Below, one piece after another: positions 26,183-28,774 of a stretch of DNA of 28,774 bases. Positions within the stretch are counted from its first letter, which is position 1. Each line of letters opens with the position of its first letter. This DNA is from a virus (Duplodnaviria; Caudoviricetes): the IMG/VR virus record IMGVR_UViG_3300025381_000082, positions 1 through 28,774 of that record, one strand, 5' to 3'. The notes under the pieces were generated by a model that saw only the letters and a list, made by a program, of their open reading frames with translations, ran no database searches and had not been told where the DNA came from. Made by a program: the position numbers and the translations under genes.

Positions 26183-28339
26183 TTAAGTCTTTTTACTACG
26201 CTTCTTTTTAGTTTTTGATTTAGGTGGCAGAGTTCCAGCTGGACCAAAAAAGCTTTGCCCTGCCGGCATTCTGCGAATTACAGGCATGAGAGGGCCGCCG
26301 GCTCCTGGTATACTAGCGATACTTCCTGCAGACGTACTCCCACCTGATGCATATTCCATTAATGCGTTAATTTTAGAAATCACTGCATCTTTACTGTGTT
26401 TTCTTTCTCTTACTATTTGTAGCATTTCTGTGATAAGAACTAATTTGTTTTCAATATCTTCTTTTATTTGAGTTTTTGACGCTGCCCTGGCATTACGCTT
26501 TCTAATTGCATCGGGTGTTTGGCTGAGTTGCCCAGCAACTTTGCCTCCAGTGCGTAGTGGAGCCGGAGGTACTGGCGAAGCCTGCCTGATGCTAGAACCT
26601 GCAGGCACTCTTATTTTTGGTTTAGCAACCTGCGCAGCTGGTGCAGTAGATGGTGCAGCAGGTGCAGTAGATGCATCAGGTATTTGAGACATCATTTTCT
26701 TTAGAACAGCTATAGCTCCGGCGTTATCTCCGGCTGCTAGCAGTGGCGTTATAGCAAGATTTGCTTTGTTCAAAACAGCATTGGCATTCTTATCTCCTAA
26801 ATCAACTTTTAATGGTTCTGTTGATAATGGAGTAGTAGATGCTTTTGTTTTCGCTGCCATAGCGTCCTTAGCTGTTGCTGCAATGGCTTTACCGACCTTA
26901 CTGGCTGCTACAGTTTTAGCTCCGGTTTTTATCTTATCAGATACTGTTGGTGTTATAGTTGGTTTAGCTGTTGACAGGCTTTTAGTAGGACGTATCTTCA
27001 TAGTTTTAAATGCAGCTTTAATAATTTTTGGATCAATACCTTGTGCCAATAATATGCGTTCAATTTCTTTGCTATCTGTTGGCTCGTACGCTTTTTTCCA
27101 TGCTGTTGTTAGTTTATCTGCAGTAATTTTATTGGTAAGATTTGCTCCTTTAACTTTGGCATAATCTACAGCTTTATCAGCAGCGTCTTTGGCCGTAGCT
27201 GACAACGCTTGACTTATTCGACTTTTCGCTACAGCACTAGCACCTTTTTTTACAGTGTCCCATAATCCTTCGTTTAGGAATTGAATATTGTTGAACAATA
27301 TTGCTATTTGTGCAGTCTCAAGTATTGTTTTGGAACTATCATAAACTTGTTCATTAGTTTTATATCCGGGTGCTGAGGTAATAGTGTCTCTCTGTTGATT
27401 CATTTGAGCAACCATACGCTTCACACCTTCAATACGTTTAATTTGGTCCGGAGTATACATGTCTTGCGGAACAGGGTGTCCGTCAATTTGAACAGGAAGT
27501 CCGGCCATAAATGTAGCTCTGTGATTTCCCGCAGGCAGTCCCATTTTATCTGCAAAGTTATTCATAGTTGTTGCTTGTGCTCTAAGGGATTCTGATTCTG
27601 AATCTATCATTGAATCGTGCGAAGCTGTATGAATTCCAGTTGGTGTATTGGTTACATGATGTGCTCCGCTACTAAATTGGGTTGGATCTGTAGTAGCTCC
27701 TCGTATAACGGCTGCGCTATGTCCTCTCATAGTGTCAGATGGAGTATGATGCAGAAAGGACTTTAATCCCCCAACGGCGGCTGCTGTAGCGCCAGTCTTC
27801 CCAGCCTGGTACAACGCATCGCGTATGTCTTTTCCTTGAAGCATTTGGTCGACTAGCTTGAATAGCCCTAACCCGGCTGCACCTACCAACCCTGCACCAC
27901 TTAATCCTGTTGCTGCAATTAACGTTGCATATACTGCTTTTTGCATAATTGGATGTTTTTCGGCCAATTCTCTATATTTGGTGATATACCTCATTGCTTT
28001 GGGATTTTGGTCTTTTAATTTATTAGCTGCATTATCATATGCATCAGCAAACCCTTTCATAGGCCCACTATTATAAATTTTTCCTTTTAGATCTTTCCAA
28101 GCTGAATTAAGTTCACTAGCTTTGTCTTTGCCTTTGCCCAGCAGCGTCCTGTTATCACCTGCGTTTGCAGCATTAGTTTCTAGCTCTTGAAATAACTTAA
28201 TTATTTGATCAGGTGTTAACTTTGCCTCTTTAAGACTATAGCCTACACTTTCCCATAATAGAGCATGTTGTATATGTTTGGGCTCTAATCCTTCGTATAA
28301 CGGATTTATATCAATTGTTGTTATAGAATCTAATTTCAT
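26183..28339 (-). CDS. Large Ala/Lys-rich hypothetical protein, probably internal virion protein
   Basis: GGAGG RBS; Gly/Ala hydrophobic stretch ATLIAATGLSGAGLVGAAGLGLF; (L/I)-x-E sites; basic C-terminus. Confidence 0.75.
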   Translation of the reverse strand: MKLDSITTIDINPLYEGLEPKHIQHALLWESVGYSLKEAKLTPDQIIKLFQELETNAANAGDNRTLLGKGKDKASELNSAWKDLKGKIYNSGPMKGFADAYDNAANKLKDQNPKAMRYITKYRELAEKHPIMQKAVYATLIAATGLSGAGLVGAAGLGLFKLVDQMLQGKDIRDALYQAGKTGATAAAVGGLKSFLHHTPSDTMRGHSAAVIRGATTDPTQFSSGAHHVTNTPTGIHTASHDSMIDSESESLRAQATTMNNFADKMGLPAGNHRATFMAGLPVQIDGHPVPQDMYTPDQIKRIEGVKRMVAQMNQQRDTITSAPGYKTNEQVYDSSKTILETAQIAILFNNIQFLNEGLWDTVKKGASAVAKSRISQALSATAKDAADKAVDYAKVKGANLTNKITADKLTTAWKKAYEPTDSKEIERILLAQGIDPKIIKAAFKTMKIRPTKSLSTAKPTITPTVSDKIKTGAKTVAASKVGKAIAATAKDAMAAKTKASTTPLSTEPLKVDLGDKNANAVLNKANLAITPLLAAGDNAGAIAVLKKMMSQIPDASTAPAAPSTAPAAQVAKPKIRVPAGSSIRQASPVPPAPLRTGGKVAGQLSQTPDAIRKRNARAASKTQIKEDIENKLVLITEMLQIVRERKHSKDAVISKINALMEYASGGSTSAGSIASIPGAGGPLMPVIRRMPAGQSFFGPAGTLPPKSKTKKKRSKKT

Positions 28340-28774
28340 AGAGTACCTCCTTTGGCTTCTAGTTGCTGTATCATTGCTAGCAACTGATCCCTTAATTGGG
28401 TTTGTAGAGGTGTCAGCGCTGGACTTGGTGCTGGACTTGGTGCTGGACTTGGTGCCGGACTTGGTGCTGGACTTGGTGGTATAGGAGCCGACCCTGCAGG
28501 TACTCTTAACTTTGGTTTAGGCATGTCTTCGCCGCCAGCAGCTTTTTCTAAATTTTTGATAGCAGCTAATTCCATAATATAGGTTATAACAGCTAACCCA
28601 ACATCGTTGCTTTGTATGTTAGCAGGATCACCACTAATTGGTACTGCCGGTTTCCCCCAAGTTTTTGGATCGGGAAGTGGTAGATTAGCACCTGACAATA
28701 TTTTGTTAACGCTGGCTTTAGTACCTGGATCTAAAATAAGTTTTTTCGCATCAGCTGGTTCAATAGCCAATTGG
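28336..28774 (-). CDS. Hypothetical protein, C-terminal part (start outside the window)
   Basis: Frame open to the window edge; PSPA repeats; ATGA overlap with the next gene. Confidence 0.7.
   Translation of the reverse strand, partial: QLAIEPADAKKLILDPGTKASVNKILSGANLPLPDPKTWGKPAVPISGDPANIQSNDVGLAVITYIMELAAIKNLEKAAGGEDMPKPKLRVPAGSAPIPPSPAPSPAPSPAPSPAPSPALTPLQTQLRDQLLAMIQQLEAKGGTL
28418..28477. repeat. 12-bp tandem coding repeat, 5 copies (PSPA)
   Basis: GCTGGACTTGGT x5, one copy GCCGGACTTGGT. Confidence 0.95.

Noticed and set aside
939-28484. Many short opposite-strand ORFs in the track (e.g. 939-1283, 4975-5319, 9987-10433, 10430-11011, 13223-13585, 21416-21838, 26766-27164)
   Set aside because: They are antisense shadows of well-supported genes with no recognisable motifs.

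Overview
AT-rich segment of a large T4-related (probably jumbo) myophage, mostly encoded on the minus strand. The permuted tmRNA suggests an alphaproteobacterial host. The left half carries DNA-metabolism genes: type II topoisomerase, class Ia ribonucleotide reductase, glutaredoxin, two glycosyltransferases and a two-piece tmRNA. The right half carries virion/head-associated genes, an exonuclease and an IscA/HesB gene. The main feature is a set of fractured genes. nrdA is in three ORFs separated by two free-standing homing endonucleases. Junction 1 is an atypically split intein (19-aa IntN, 135-aa IntC). Junction 2 has no splicing residues but carries an intein-derived tail/head pair that looks like a non-splicing assembly zipper. 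The topoisomerase also ends in a split-intein N-half with a duplicated Hint subdomain, followed by another putative endonuclease. A decayed GIY-YIG gene appears to have displaced an older tmRNA 3' end. All family assignments are by motif recognition by eye; no searches were run.
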